Shown here: positions 5,107 to 12,971 of the stretch, in pieces
How positions within the stretch are numbered: position 1 is the first letter of the stretch
How the letters are laid out: the number at the start of each line of letters is the position of its first letter
Source: Calditrichaceae bacterium
Lineage (GTDB): Bacteria; Calditrichota; Calditrichia; Calditrichales; JBFXGD01
Length of the DNA stretch: 15,808 bases
Direction: 5' to 3'
Assembly (NCBI GenBank): GCA_050178385.1
Contig: JBFXGD010000071.1
Coordinates: 1 to 15,808 of the forward strand
The notes under the pieces: generated by a model
Told to the model about the DNA's origin: nothing
The model's input: the letters and a program-made list of their open reading frames with translations, nothing else
Databases searched by the model: none
Position numbers and translations under genes: made by a program

Positions 5107-7719
5107 ATGATGATGAATCCAAACTATTCAAAGATTCTTTGCCGGATATTCATTCTGACAGGCATATTGTTGACCGGTCTGCGCGCCGGTAACGACTCAC
5201 TGGTGACACTCATACCCGGTGCCAATTATCAGGCGGGAAAATTACACGGGATGGTTTTAGGCAATGGATACCGCGGGGTTTGGAGTACGCCTTTAAAAGT
5301 ACGGCAACTGGATCTAAATACATTTGCGGGAGGATTGACGCCTTTGAAAAGAGGTGGCGGGCTTCAAACAAATTCATTGAGATTTAAAGGAGCTGATGGG
5401 AAAACATGGGTATTTCGTTCCGTAGATAAGTTTCCGGGAAGGGCTCTTCCTGAAGAACTGAAAGGCACGATCATTGAAACTTTCGGGAAGGACCAGATCG
5501 GCCTGATGCTTCCTTTCGGCTCGTTGATCGTCGATAAGCTGGCCGACACATTAGGTGTCCTCCATTCAAAACCTTATTACTTCGTAATGCCTCATGATAC
5601 GCTCCTGGGAGAATATTACAAGGATTTTGCCGGTTTATTGGGTTCAATCGAAGAAAGAACCGATGAGAACGAGGAAGATATTCCGGGATTTGCGGGTTCC
5701 GATAAAATAATCGGTACTGAAAAATTCAGCAAAAAACTGGATGAGGATCCCCGTGAAAAAATTGATGCCCGGGCATATCTCACCGCCCGGCTTCTTGATA
5801 TCTTTGTGGGAGACTGGGACCGTCATGCGGATCAATGGCGTTGGGCGCGTTTTAAAAGTGGAGACATTCATTTATGGAAGCCAATCGCGCGTGACCGGGA
5901 TTTTGCCTTCGTCGTTTATGACGGAATCATTCCGTCGATAATCGATAAGAGATGGGTGGACAGGGGAATTGACGGTTTTAACAAAAACATACCGGATATC
6001 ATCAGCCTCACACATAAGGCGCGTTATCTGGATGCCAGACTCTTAAGTTCTCTAACAAAAGACGACTGGCGGCTGATTTCAGAAAATTTTGTCCGGCTTA
6101 TGGATGACCGGATTTTGGAAGACGCGGTAAAAACACTTCCTGAAGAAATTTATAATCAGGTCGGGAGAACAGTGGTCGAGCGTCTAAAAATACGCCGTGA
6201 TCAAATGATTGATTTGGCCTTGTCCTATTACCGCCATCTTGCGAAGGCGGTCGATATCCAACTGACAGACAGGCCGGAACTGCTGGAGATTTCAAGGTTG
6301 GATAAGGGTGATGTCCAATTGACAATCTCAGAGCGGGAAAAGCAGAACTCGGTTTTTTACAGCAGAATTTTCACACCGCAAGAGACAGATGAAATACGGA
6401 TTTATATGCTGGGTGGTGATGATGACGTGAAAGTCCTTGGAGATGGGGATGAACGGATAATCATCCGAATTATTGGGGGAAAGGGAGATGACCAGCTCTC
6501 CGCAGGAAAATCTGAGGGGAAAATACTTTTTTATGATACGGTAAAGGGCTTTAAGGTCAAGAATGGCGGGGACGCAAAAGTAATAAGATCAAAAAAGAAA
6601 TCGGCATATGCGCGTCCCCCAATCGGTTATCCGGAATCACGCCTAACGCATACACTTCAGGGAAAAGAGCTTCAGCCTCCGTTTGATTACGGATCGGTCT
6701 GGATGCCGGTTCCGATATTCGGGTATGACCGGGACAACGGCCTTTTTCTCGGAGGTGGCGCCCAGGTAACCAAATACGGATTCAGAGCCGATCCGTATGT
6801 AAGCCGCCACAAATTATCGGGAAGTTATGTTTTTCGCACTACCGCTTTTCAGATTGAATACAATGGCGATTTTTATGAATTAATCCCCGGTATGTGGTTA
6901 AAATTTGATGTCAAAACCGCGGTTCCGGAAGATAAACCGAATTATTTTGGTTATGGGAATGATTCAAAAAAAGATGAAAACCTTGAAGAAGATCACTTCT
7001 ATCGCGCCAGAAATAATCATTTCCGTGTGGATATAAAAGGAATCAGAAAAATCTTACCATCCATATCGGTGCGATTCGATCTTTCATATCAATATCTGTT
7101 TACGGAGCTTGATGAAAAATCCCTGATCAGAATAGAGAAACCTTATGGAATTGATATTCATCATACCTTTGGATTAGGCGCCGGATTTACTTATGACACC
7201 CGGGATAATGAGATTGCCGCGAGGCGCGGGTTATTGCTGGATGGATCAATTACATACTATCCGGAAATGATGGATAATAACCAAGCTTACACGCGTGTAA
7301 ATTTGACCGGAAAATCGTTTTTGCCTCTGAGTACAAGAGCGACCATCGCATTGCGGAGTCAAGTCCGGCAAATCTTGGGTGAATTTCCGTATTATCATGC
7401 CGCGTACATCGGTGGGGTGGAATCATTGCGTGGATATAATATTCAGCGATTCGCGGGAGATCTGTCCGCAACCGGCGGCGCGGAGATCCGCTTCTTTCTT
7501 AAAAGAATGCGGATTATTTTTCCATCAGATGTTGGAGTAATTGGTTTCACAGATGCGGGACGCATATGGTATGAAGATAAAAGTCCGGACGGATGGCACA
7601 GCAGTTTTGGAGGAGGTGTTTATTTCGCGCCGGTAAACCGCAACTATACGGCTTCATTGAACGTAGCCCGATCGGATGACGGAGTTTTTACATATTGGAA
7701 AATCGGGTTTGCTTTTTAG
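5107..7719 (+). CDS. Omp85 (BamA/TamA-superfamily) outer-membrane beta-barrel protein with an N-terminal atypical-kinase-like domain
   Basis: Signal peptide (...ILLTGLRA|G). The C-terminal ~335 aa are amphipathic strands with YDTRDN, the Omp85 loop-6 motif LRGY (7426-7437), RFAGD, FTDAGRIW and terminal IGFAF. The N-terminal part has GGGLQT, LLDIFVGDWDRHADQW and PIARDRDFAF. Three tandem ATGs make the exact start uncertain. Confidence 0.85.
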   Translation: MMMNPNYSKILCRIFILTGILLTGLRAGNDSLVTLIPGANYQAGKLHGMVLGNGYRGVWSTPLKVRQLDLNTFAGGLTPLKRGGGLQTNSLRFKGADGKTWVFRSVDKFPGRALPEELKGTIIETFGKDQIGLMLPFGSLIVDKLADTLGVLHSKPYYFVMPHDTLLGEYYKDFAGLLGSIEERTDENEEDIPGFAGSDKIIGTEKFSKKLDEDPREKIDARAYLTARLLDIFVGDWDRHADQWRWARFKSGDIHLWKPIARDRDFAFVVYDGIIPSIIDKRWVDRGIDGFNKNIPDIISLTHKARYLDARLLSSLTKDDWRLISENFVRLMDDRILEDAVKTLPEEIYNQVGRTVVERLKIRRDQMIDLALSYYRHLAKAVDIQLTDRPELLEISRLDKGDVQLTISEREKQNSVFYSRIFTPQETDEIRIYMLGGDDDVKVLGDGDERIIIRIIGGKGDDQLSAGKSEGKILFYDTVKGFKVKNGGDAKVIRSKKKSAYARPPIGYPESRLTHTLQGKELQPPFDYGSVWMPVPIFGYDRDNGLFLGGGAQVTKYGFRADPYVSRHKLSGSYVFRTTAFQIEYNGDFYELIPGMWLKFDVKTAVPEDKPNYFGYGNDSKKDENLEEDHFYRARNNHFRVDIKGIRKILPSISVRFDLSYQYLFTELDEKSLIRIEKPYGIDIHHTFGLGAGFTYDTRDNEIAARRGLLLDGSITYYPEMMDNNQAYTRVNLTGKSFLPLSTRATIALRSQVRQILGEFPYYHAAYIGGVESLRGYNIQRFAGDLSATGGAEIRFFLKRMRIIFPSDVGVIGFTDAGRIWYEDKSPDGWHSSFGGGVYFAPVNRNYTASLNVARSDDGVFTYWKIGFAF

Positions 7720-7735
7720 AAAGGGCTCAGATGTG

Positions 7736-8764
7736 ATGAATGCTTATGTTTTAAGGAAAACCGGTTCCCCGCAAGTCATAAAGATGTCCCGTACAGATGA
7801 GCCTAGGCCTTCAGCCGGCCAGGTGCAGGTTACGGTTGATTGTATTGGAATAAATTATGCTGAAATATTATCCCGGAAAGGTCTTTATGGCTGGGCGCCA
7901 AAACGGCCCTATATTCCGGGAATGGAGGCAAGCGGGACGATTACGGCAGCGGGAGAAGGTGTAGATTCTTCACGAATCGGTGAGAAGGTCGTGGTAGGCA
8001 CACAGTATGGCTGTTATGCAGAGAAAGTAGTCGTTGGCTCGCAGAGGGCGCTAAACAGCATAGACACGTTCTCCGCGGAGGAAAACGCCGCGTTTCCTGT
8101 CAATTATATGACCGCCTGGGTAGCATTATTTGAAATGGGAAGAATACGTCCGAATGAATCTGTCCTTATAACCGCGGCGGCAGGAGGTGTTGGTACGGCA
8201 GCCGTTCAGCTTGCATCAGCGTACGGATGTAAGGTGTACGGAATGGCCGGCAATGATGAAAAAATTGAGCTGATCGAATCGCTTGGCGCGAAAAAGGGAT
8301 TTAATTACAGGAAGCAGGATTATTTTAGGGAAATTTCAGAAACGCTGTCCGGTGTGGATGCCGTTCTGGATCTTGTCGGAGGTAATGTCTACAAAAACAG
8401 TATGAATCTACTGAATCCTTTTGGCAGAATGATTGTTGCCGGATTCGCCAGTCTCGATCTGAAAAAATGGAATCCGGTCTCTTGGTGGCAGACCTGGAGG
8501 GATATTCCCTCCGCGAGTGTGGTTAAAATGGCCATGAAATCAACCGGTGTGATGGCTACGCATCTTGGCTATCTGTTGGATGATCCTGATAAAATGAGCG
8601 ACATATATGGGGAGTTAAGAAGTTTTGTGATAAATCATCATATCAGGCCGGTCATAGGCAAGGTATTCTCATTCAATGATTTACCGGAATCTCACCGGTA
8701 TATTGAATCCCGTAAAAGTATGGGAAAAGTCGTTGTTAAATTCTGGAACGAAAGCACCGGATAA
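7736..8764 (+). CDS. Zn-independent MDR-family NAD(P)H oxidoreductase (quinone-oxidoreductase / VAT-1-like)
   Basis: GINYAE, PYIPGMEASG, AAFPVNYMTAW, the nucleotide-binding motif ITAAAGGVGTAAVQLA and C-terminal RKSMGKVV. It lacks the ADH catalytic and structural Zn cysteines. Start moved to ATG 7736 after GAAAGGG. Confidence 0.88.
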   Translation: MNAYVLRKTGSPQVIKMSRTDEPRPSAGQVQVTVDCIGINYAEILSRKGLYGWAPKRPYIPGMEASGTITAAGEGVDSSRIGEKVVVGTQYGCYAEKVVVGSQRALNSIDTFSAEENAAFPVNYMTAWVALFEMGRIRPNESVLITAAAGGVGTAAVQLASAYGCKVYGMAGNDEKIELIESLGAKKGFNYRKQDYFREISETLSGVDAVLDLVGGNVYKNSMNLLNPFGRMIVAGFASLDLKKWNPVSWWQTWRDIPSASVVKMAMKSTGVMATHLGYLLDDPDKMSDIYGELRSFVINHHIRPVIGKVFSFNDLPESHRYIESRKSMGKVVVKFWNESTG

Positions 8765-8810
8765 ACGATTTTTATTTAATAAAAAGACTAATAAAAAATG
8801 GTTAAGGATT

Positions 8811-9581
8811 ATGCGAATAAGTAGAATAATATTATTACTAATGATTTCCTGCTCTCTTCTGAAAGCACAGGTAAATACGGAAGCGCTCAGAAAGTTTGAA
8901 TTATCCCCGGGGCTGCACAGCAGAGTAAATTTTAGTATATCATATCAGTCCGGGAACACGAATCTGTACAAAATCAGAACGGGATTGCGTAGCGATTATT
9001 TGCGGGGTAAGTACCATTTTTTTGGGGTTTTGGATTACCAGCAGGGTGAAAAAGATGACAGCCGGTACACGAACAAAGGATTTATACATTTAAGAGGCCA
9101 AAAATCCATAAATAACAGATTAGCAGTGGAATCTTTCATCCAGAAAGAGTTTGATGAATTCATTATGCTGAGTGACCGTAATTTAGCTGGTTCAGGATTG
9201 AGATACAGCGTAATTCAAAAGAAATCCGACGGGAACGGTTCGCGGGAGCTGAAAACATATCTGGGCACCGGAATAATGTTTGAAAATGAATCGTATAATG
9301 ATGATATCGAACCAGAACAGAATCTGCTTCGCACAACCAACTATGTAGGTTTGATTTGGAAGAAGGATGAGAATGTGCGGTTTCAATTAATCAGTTATTT
9401 TCAGGCGGCTTTTGAAGATTTTTCTGATTACAGGGTGCTTTCGGAAGGGAATATCTCATTCAATGTAACCAGCCGCCTGATTATCGCGATTATGATAAAT
9501 CACAGATATGATAATAATCCCCTTAAGGAAGTAAAAAACAGCGATCTGGAAATAACGAACGGGATCGAGTTTTTGTTTTGA
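8811..9581 (+). CDS. DUF481-like (YdiY-type) outer-membrane beta-barrel protein
   Basis: ATG 8811 after AAGGA. Signal peptide MRISRIILLLMISCSLLKA|Q, then QVNTE, SGNT, RNLAGSGLRY and YDNNP, with alternating strands ending in the aromatic NGIEFLF. Confidence 0.78.
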   Translation: MRISRIILLLMISCSLLKAQVNTEALRKFELSPGLHSRVNFSISYQSGNTNLYKIRTGLRSDYLRGKYHFFGVLDYQQGEKDDSRYTNKGFIHLRGQKSINNRLAVESFIQKEFDEFIMLSDRNLAGSGLRYSVIQKKSDGNGSRELKTYLGTGIMFENESYNDDIEPEQNLLRTTNYVGLIWKKDENVRFQLISYFQAAFEDFSDYRVLSEGNISFNVTSRLIIAIMINHRYDNNPLKEVKNSDLEITNGIEFLF

Positions 9582-9620
9582 TATCGTTGATATATACGGA
9601 CTCAGGGGCATCTGATAAAT

Positions 9621-9649
9621 TTGCATTTAGCCATGATTAAAGCTAAATT
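9621..9649 (+). promoter_or_regulatory. sigma70-type promoter for tig
   Basis: TTGCAT (9621-9626), 17-nt spacer, TAAATT (9644-9649). AGGAGG RBS at about 9678-9683. Confidence 0.55.
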
Positions 9650-9693
9650 ACTAGATTGATTTTAATTAATACTTTCAGGAGGAATTTGTAGGA

Positions 9694-10953
9694 ATGGTCA
9701 CCAGTGAAGTTAAAAAAATATCCAGTTGCAGAAAAGAACTTAACATAAAAATGGATAAAGATGATCTTGAACCGCTTCGCGTAAAAGAAACAAAGCAGGT
9801 TCAGAAAGAAGTTCAGTATCCGGGATTTCGTAAGGGAAAAGCGCCTCTTTCTATGGTAATAAGGCAATATGCGGATGCGATTGAAGCATATACCCTGGAA
9901 GCGGCAGTCCAGGAAGCGCTGCAGCGGTCGGTCGAAGAACATAAGATTGATGTGGTTGGCACACCTGAAGCCAAAAAAGTAGAGTATAACAAAGAAGGTA
10001 ATCTGGAGATTACCATTGATGTAGATACTTATCCCGAAATCGAACTGAACGGATACAAAGGATTTGAATTCACAAAAGATAAGTATGAAATAACAGACAA
10101 ATTTGTGGATGAAACAATCGGAAAATTGCTAAAAGAAAAAGCAACCAGGGTCCCGGTGGAAGCCGCGATTGAAAAAGATCATATCGTCACTCTGGATATG
10201 CAGGAATTAGACTCTGAAGGCAAACCGGTCCCCGGCCGCAAATATAAAGATATTCAGGTCAGTATTGGTGAAGGGCGGTTTGATCCGGATTTGGAAGAAC
10301 AGTTGCTGGGGCTTAAAAATAGCGATATTAAAACGATCAGCAAAACATATCCTGAAGATTTTCCTCAGAAGGAAATGGCCGGAAAAAAAGAATCCTATTC
10401 AATTACAATTAAAAATGTCGTAAAGGAAGAACTGCCGGAGCTTAATGAGGCATTTGTAAAAGAGCTGGGCGGAGAAATGCAAACGGTTGACGAGTTGAAA
10501 AAGTTTACCCGGGAACGTCTTGAGCATGATTATCAACATGAAGCTGACGCGCGTTTCGCACAGGAATTGTCGCAAAAACTTCTCGATGAGAATCCGTTCG
10601 ATGTGCCAAAAGCCTTGATAGAAAATTATTTAAATCATATCGTAAAGGATGTGAAAACCCGTGACCCAAAATTAAAAGAAGATGTGATTCGTCAGCACTA
10701 TGAGACAGAAGCGCTTTTCAATATCAAATGGCATTACCTGAAAGATCAAATTGCTAAAGAAGAGAAGATTGAAGTCGATGACACAGATATCACGAAATTC
10801 ATGGAAAATTTAAAGGATGAAAAAGTCCGGGAAATCTATGAATCCAATCCGGGTTTGATGGAAAGAGTCAGAGAAGACCTTGCGGACAAGAAAATCTATG
10901 ATTACCTCGTGGAAAACAGCAAAGTCAAGGATAATGAGATCAAGCTGGATTAA
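9694..10953 (+). CDS. tig: Trigger factor
   Basis: Ribosome-binding signature PGFRKGKAP, central FKBP-like region (YPEDF), 419 aa, and canonical position upstream of clpP-clpX. Confidence 0.95.
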   Translation: MVTSEVKKISSCRKELNIKMDKDDLEPLRVKETKQVQKEVQYPGFRKGKAPLSMVIRQYADAIEAYTLEAAVQEALQRSVEEHKIDVVGTPEAKKVEYNKEGNLEITIDVDTYPEIELNGYKGFEFTKDKYEITDKFVDETIGKLLKEKATRVPVEAAIEKDHIVTLDMQELDSEGKPVPGRKYKDIQVSIGEGRFDPDLEEQLLGLKNSDIKTISKTYPEDFPQKEMAGKKESYSITIKNVVKEELPELNEAFVKELGGEMQTVDELKKFTRERLEHDYQHEADARFAQELSQKLLDENPFDVPKALIENYLNHIVKDVKTRDPKLKEDVIRQHYETEALFNIKWHYLKDQIAKEEKIEVDDTDITKFMENLKDEKVREIYESNPGLMERVREDLADKKIYDYLVENSKVKDNEIKLD

Positions 10954-10991
10954 ACATCTTGATTCTTTTTATATTTGAATTGAAGTGAATA

Positions 10992-11020
10992 TTGATGAAT
11001 TATGTAAGATGTACTAAAAT
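10992..11020 (+). promoter_or_regulatory. Candidate internal sigma70-type promoter for clpP
   Basis: TTGATG (10992-10997), 17-nt spacer, TAAAAT (11015-11020), followed by the AGGAAAGGA RBS (11027-11035). Confidence 0.5.
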
Positions 11021-11041
11021 GAATGCAGGAAAGGACTGAGC

Positions 11042-11659
11042 ATGACTCTGATCCCCATGGTTATAGAGCAAACAGGGCGTGGTGAACGCGCCTATGACAT
11101 TTATTCTAGATTGTTAAAGGAGCGGATCATATTTTTGGGTACGCCCATAGATGATAATATTTCAAGTCTTATCATCTCTCAGCTTTTGTTTCTCGAAGCG
11201 GAAGATCCGGATAAGGATATTTTTCTTTATGTTAATTCGCCCGGTGGCATTGTTTCATCAGGACTGGCAATTTATGATACAATTAAATATATTAAACCTG
11301 ATGTTGTGACCACTTGTATGGGACAAGCCGCGAGTATGGGCGCGGTATTGCTTGCAGCTGGAACCAAGGGGAAGCGATATGCGCTTCCACATTCCAGGAT
11401 TATGATTCATCAGCCTCTTGGAGGTGCGGAGGGCCAGGCATCGGATATTCAGATCGCTGCGAATGAGATCATACGTATCCGTGCGATCCTTAATAAAATT
11501 CTGGCAGAGTCGACAGGAAAAACCGCAAACCAGATTGAGAAGGATACGGACAGAAATTATTTTATGTCTGCTCATGAAGCTCTGGATTACGGAATTATCG
11601 ATAAAGTGCTGGAACCCAGATCGAATTCAAAAGAAAAGGGAAAGAAAAAGAATGAGTAG
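11042..11659 (+). CDS. clpP: ATP-dependent Clp protease proteolytic subunit
   Basis: [27 protein letters not shown], catalytic Ser in GQAASMG, His in IMIHQP and Asp region DTDRNYFM. Confidence 0.98.
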   Translation: MTLIPMVIEQTGRGERAYDIYSRLLKERIIFLGTPIDDNISSLIISQLLFLEAEDPDKDIFLYVNSPGGIVSSGLAIYDTIKYIKPDVVTTCMGQAASMGAVLLAAGTKGKRYALPHSRIMIHQPLGGAEGQASDIQIAANEIIRIRAILNKILAESTGKTANQIEKDTDRNYFMSAHEALDYGIIDKVLEPRSNSKEKGKKKNE

Positions 11660-12899
11660 AAGGAATCTACGGAATCCCGTCTATCGTTGTTCATTCTGCG
11701 GAAGATCGGCCGAGGAAGTTGAAAGTTTGATTTCTGGTCCGGACGTACATATTTGTAATGACTGTGTACGCAGTGCTACAGAAATTATTGCAAGACACAA
11801 GAAAGAATCGAATTTGCTGGATGAACACCGTCTTGTGCCACCGGCTGATATCAAATCGGAACTTGATAAATATGTGATCGGGCAGGATCGGGCGAAGACA
11901 ATATTGTCCGTCGCGGTCTATAATCATTATAAAAGAATTAATACCGGGACTGAAGTATCTGACATTGAGATCGAAAAGAGCAACATTCTTCTGCTTGGTC
12001 CGACAGGAACGGGAAAAACTCTGCTTGCGCAAACGCTGGCCCGTGTTCTAAAAGTGCCGTTTTCCATAGCCGATGCGACGGTGCTTACCGAGGCAGGATA
12101 TGTTGGTGAGGATGTTGAGAATATACTGGTCCGCTTATATCAGGCGGCGAATTATAATCTTGAACAGACCCAGCGGGGCATTGTATATATTGATGAAATT
12201 GATAAAATAGCCCGTAAAGACGGAAATCCTTCCATTACGCGTGATGTTTCCGGTGAGGGTGTTCAGCAGGCTATCTTAAAAATGCTGGAGGGAACTGTGT
12301 CCAGCATACCGCCAAAGGGCGGAAGAAAGCATCCGGAACAAAATCTCATTAATGTTGATACAAAAAATATACTTTTTATTTGCGGCGGCGCGTTTGAAGG
12401 GCTTGAAGATATCGTCCGTAGAAGGGTTGGCGAAAAGAATATCGGTTTTGAAAAAGATATCAATAGTAAGAACGCCCATTCAAAAGGGCAATTATACAGC
12501 ATGGTCGAGCCGGAAGACATGTTACAGTACGGTCTGATCCCCGAGCTCATTGGCCGACTACCGGTTTTGGGCTCATTGAGCGAACTGGACGAAAAAGCGC
12601 TGTATTCCATTTTGACTGACACGAAAAACGCACTGGTTAAGCAATACAAGAAACTGATGGAGATGGAAGGTGTTGAGCTGATCTTTGATGATAAAGCTCT
12701 GCATGGCGTTGTCACGTTGGCAATGAAACGCAAAACCGGGGCACGCGCACTTCGTTCGATACTTGAAAATATTATGCTGGATGTGATGTTTAAAGTGCCT
12801 TCAATGCCGAAATTAAAATCAGTCACAATTACCTATAATTCGGTTATGAAGCAGGAAGAGCCGAAATTCGAATATTCTTCTTCAAAGCAAAGTGCATAA
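11652..12899 (+). CDS. clpX: ATP-dependent Clp protease ATP-binding subunit ClpX
   Basis: C4 zinc finger CSFC...CNDC, Walker A GPTGTGKT, pore loop GYVG, Walker [21 protein letters not shown] and IGF loops, and GARALR. Start at ATG 11652 overlaps clpP by 8 nt. Confidence 0.98.
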   Translation: MSRRNLRNPVYRCSFCGRSAEEVESLISGPDVHICNDCVRSATEIIARHKKESNLLDEHRLVPPADIKSELDKYVIGQDRAKTILSVAVYNHYKRINTGTEVSDIEIEKSNILLLGPTGTGKTLLAQTLARVLKVPFSIADATVLTEAGYVGEDVENILVRLYQAANYNLEQTQRGIVYIDEIDKIARKDGNPSITRDVSGEGVQQAILKMLEGTVSSIPPKGGRKHPEQNLINVDTKNILFICGGAFEGLEDIVRRRVGEKNIGFEKDINSKNAHSKGQLYSMVEPEDMLQYGLIPELIGRLPVLGSLSELDEKALYSILTDTKNALVKQYKKLMEMEGVELIFDDKALHGVVTLAMKRKTGARALRSILENIMLDVMFKVPSMPKLKSVTITYNSVMKQEEPKFEYSSSKQSA

Positions 12900-12921
12900 T
12901 TTCTATTTGATGTTAATACAG

Positions 12922-12948
12922 AGCGGGGCTTGGCTCCGCTTTTTTTTT
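12922..12948 (+). terminator. Intrinsic terminator after clpX
   Basis: AGCGGGGC-TTG-GCTCCGCT stem (8 bp, one G-U) followed by T8. Confidence 0.85.
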
Positions 12949-12971
12949 AAATAAGAGGACAAAGAACATAC

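Noticed and set aside
5107..7719. Calling the Omp85 protein the housekeeping BamA or TamA
   Set aside because: No POTRA repeats are recognisable, an enzyme-like N-terminal domain is present, and there is no skp/lpxD or tamB context.
1933..8810. Longer ORF-track starts at 1933, 2732, 4133, 7676 and 8676
   Set aside because: They overlap upstream genes or lack an RBS. Downstream starts (1981, 2771, 4031, 7736, 8811) give family-typical N-termini, signal peptides and/or SD sites.
9625..9648. Inverted repeat ATTTAGC-N10-GCTAAAT over the tig promoter, resembling CIRCE ends (TTAGC...GCTAA)
   Set aside because: CIRCE is TTAGCACTC-N9-GAGTGCTAA. The inner ACTC/GAGT is missing and the spacing is 7 nt too short, so it is not an HrcA site.
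11418..11651. 78-codon upstream extension of the clpX frame and an A/G-rich run at the clpP end, suggesting a ClpP-ClpX frameshift fusion
   Set aside because: The extension is simply the +1 frame of clpP. ClpX has a normal ATG at 11652 just before its zinc finger, and a clpP/clpX overlap is ordinary translational coupling. A_AAA_AAG-type slippage is -1, whereas +1 would be needed.
12263..12826. 187-aa antisense ORF inside clpX, and the other 60-113 aa ORFs nested in or antisense to real genes (e.g. 9643-9942, 11258-11575, 11691-12032, 13949-14197)
   Set aside because: These are shadow ORFs of well-conserved genes, with no recognisable motifs or independent translation signals.
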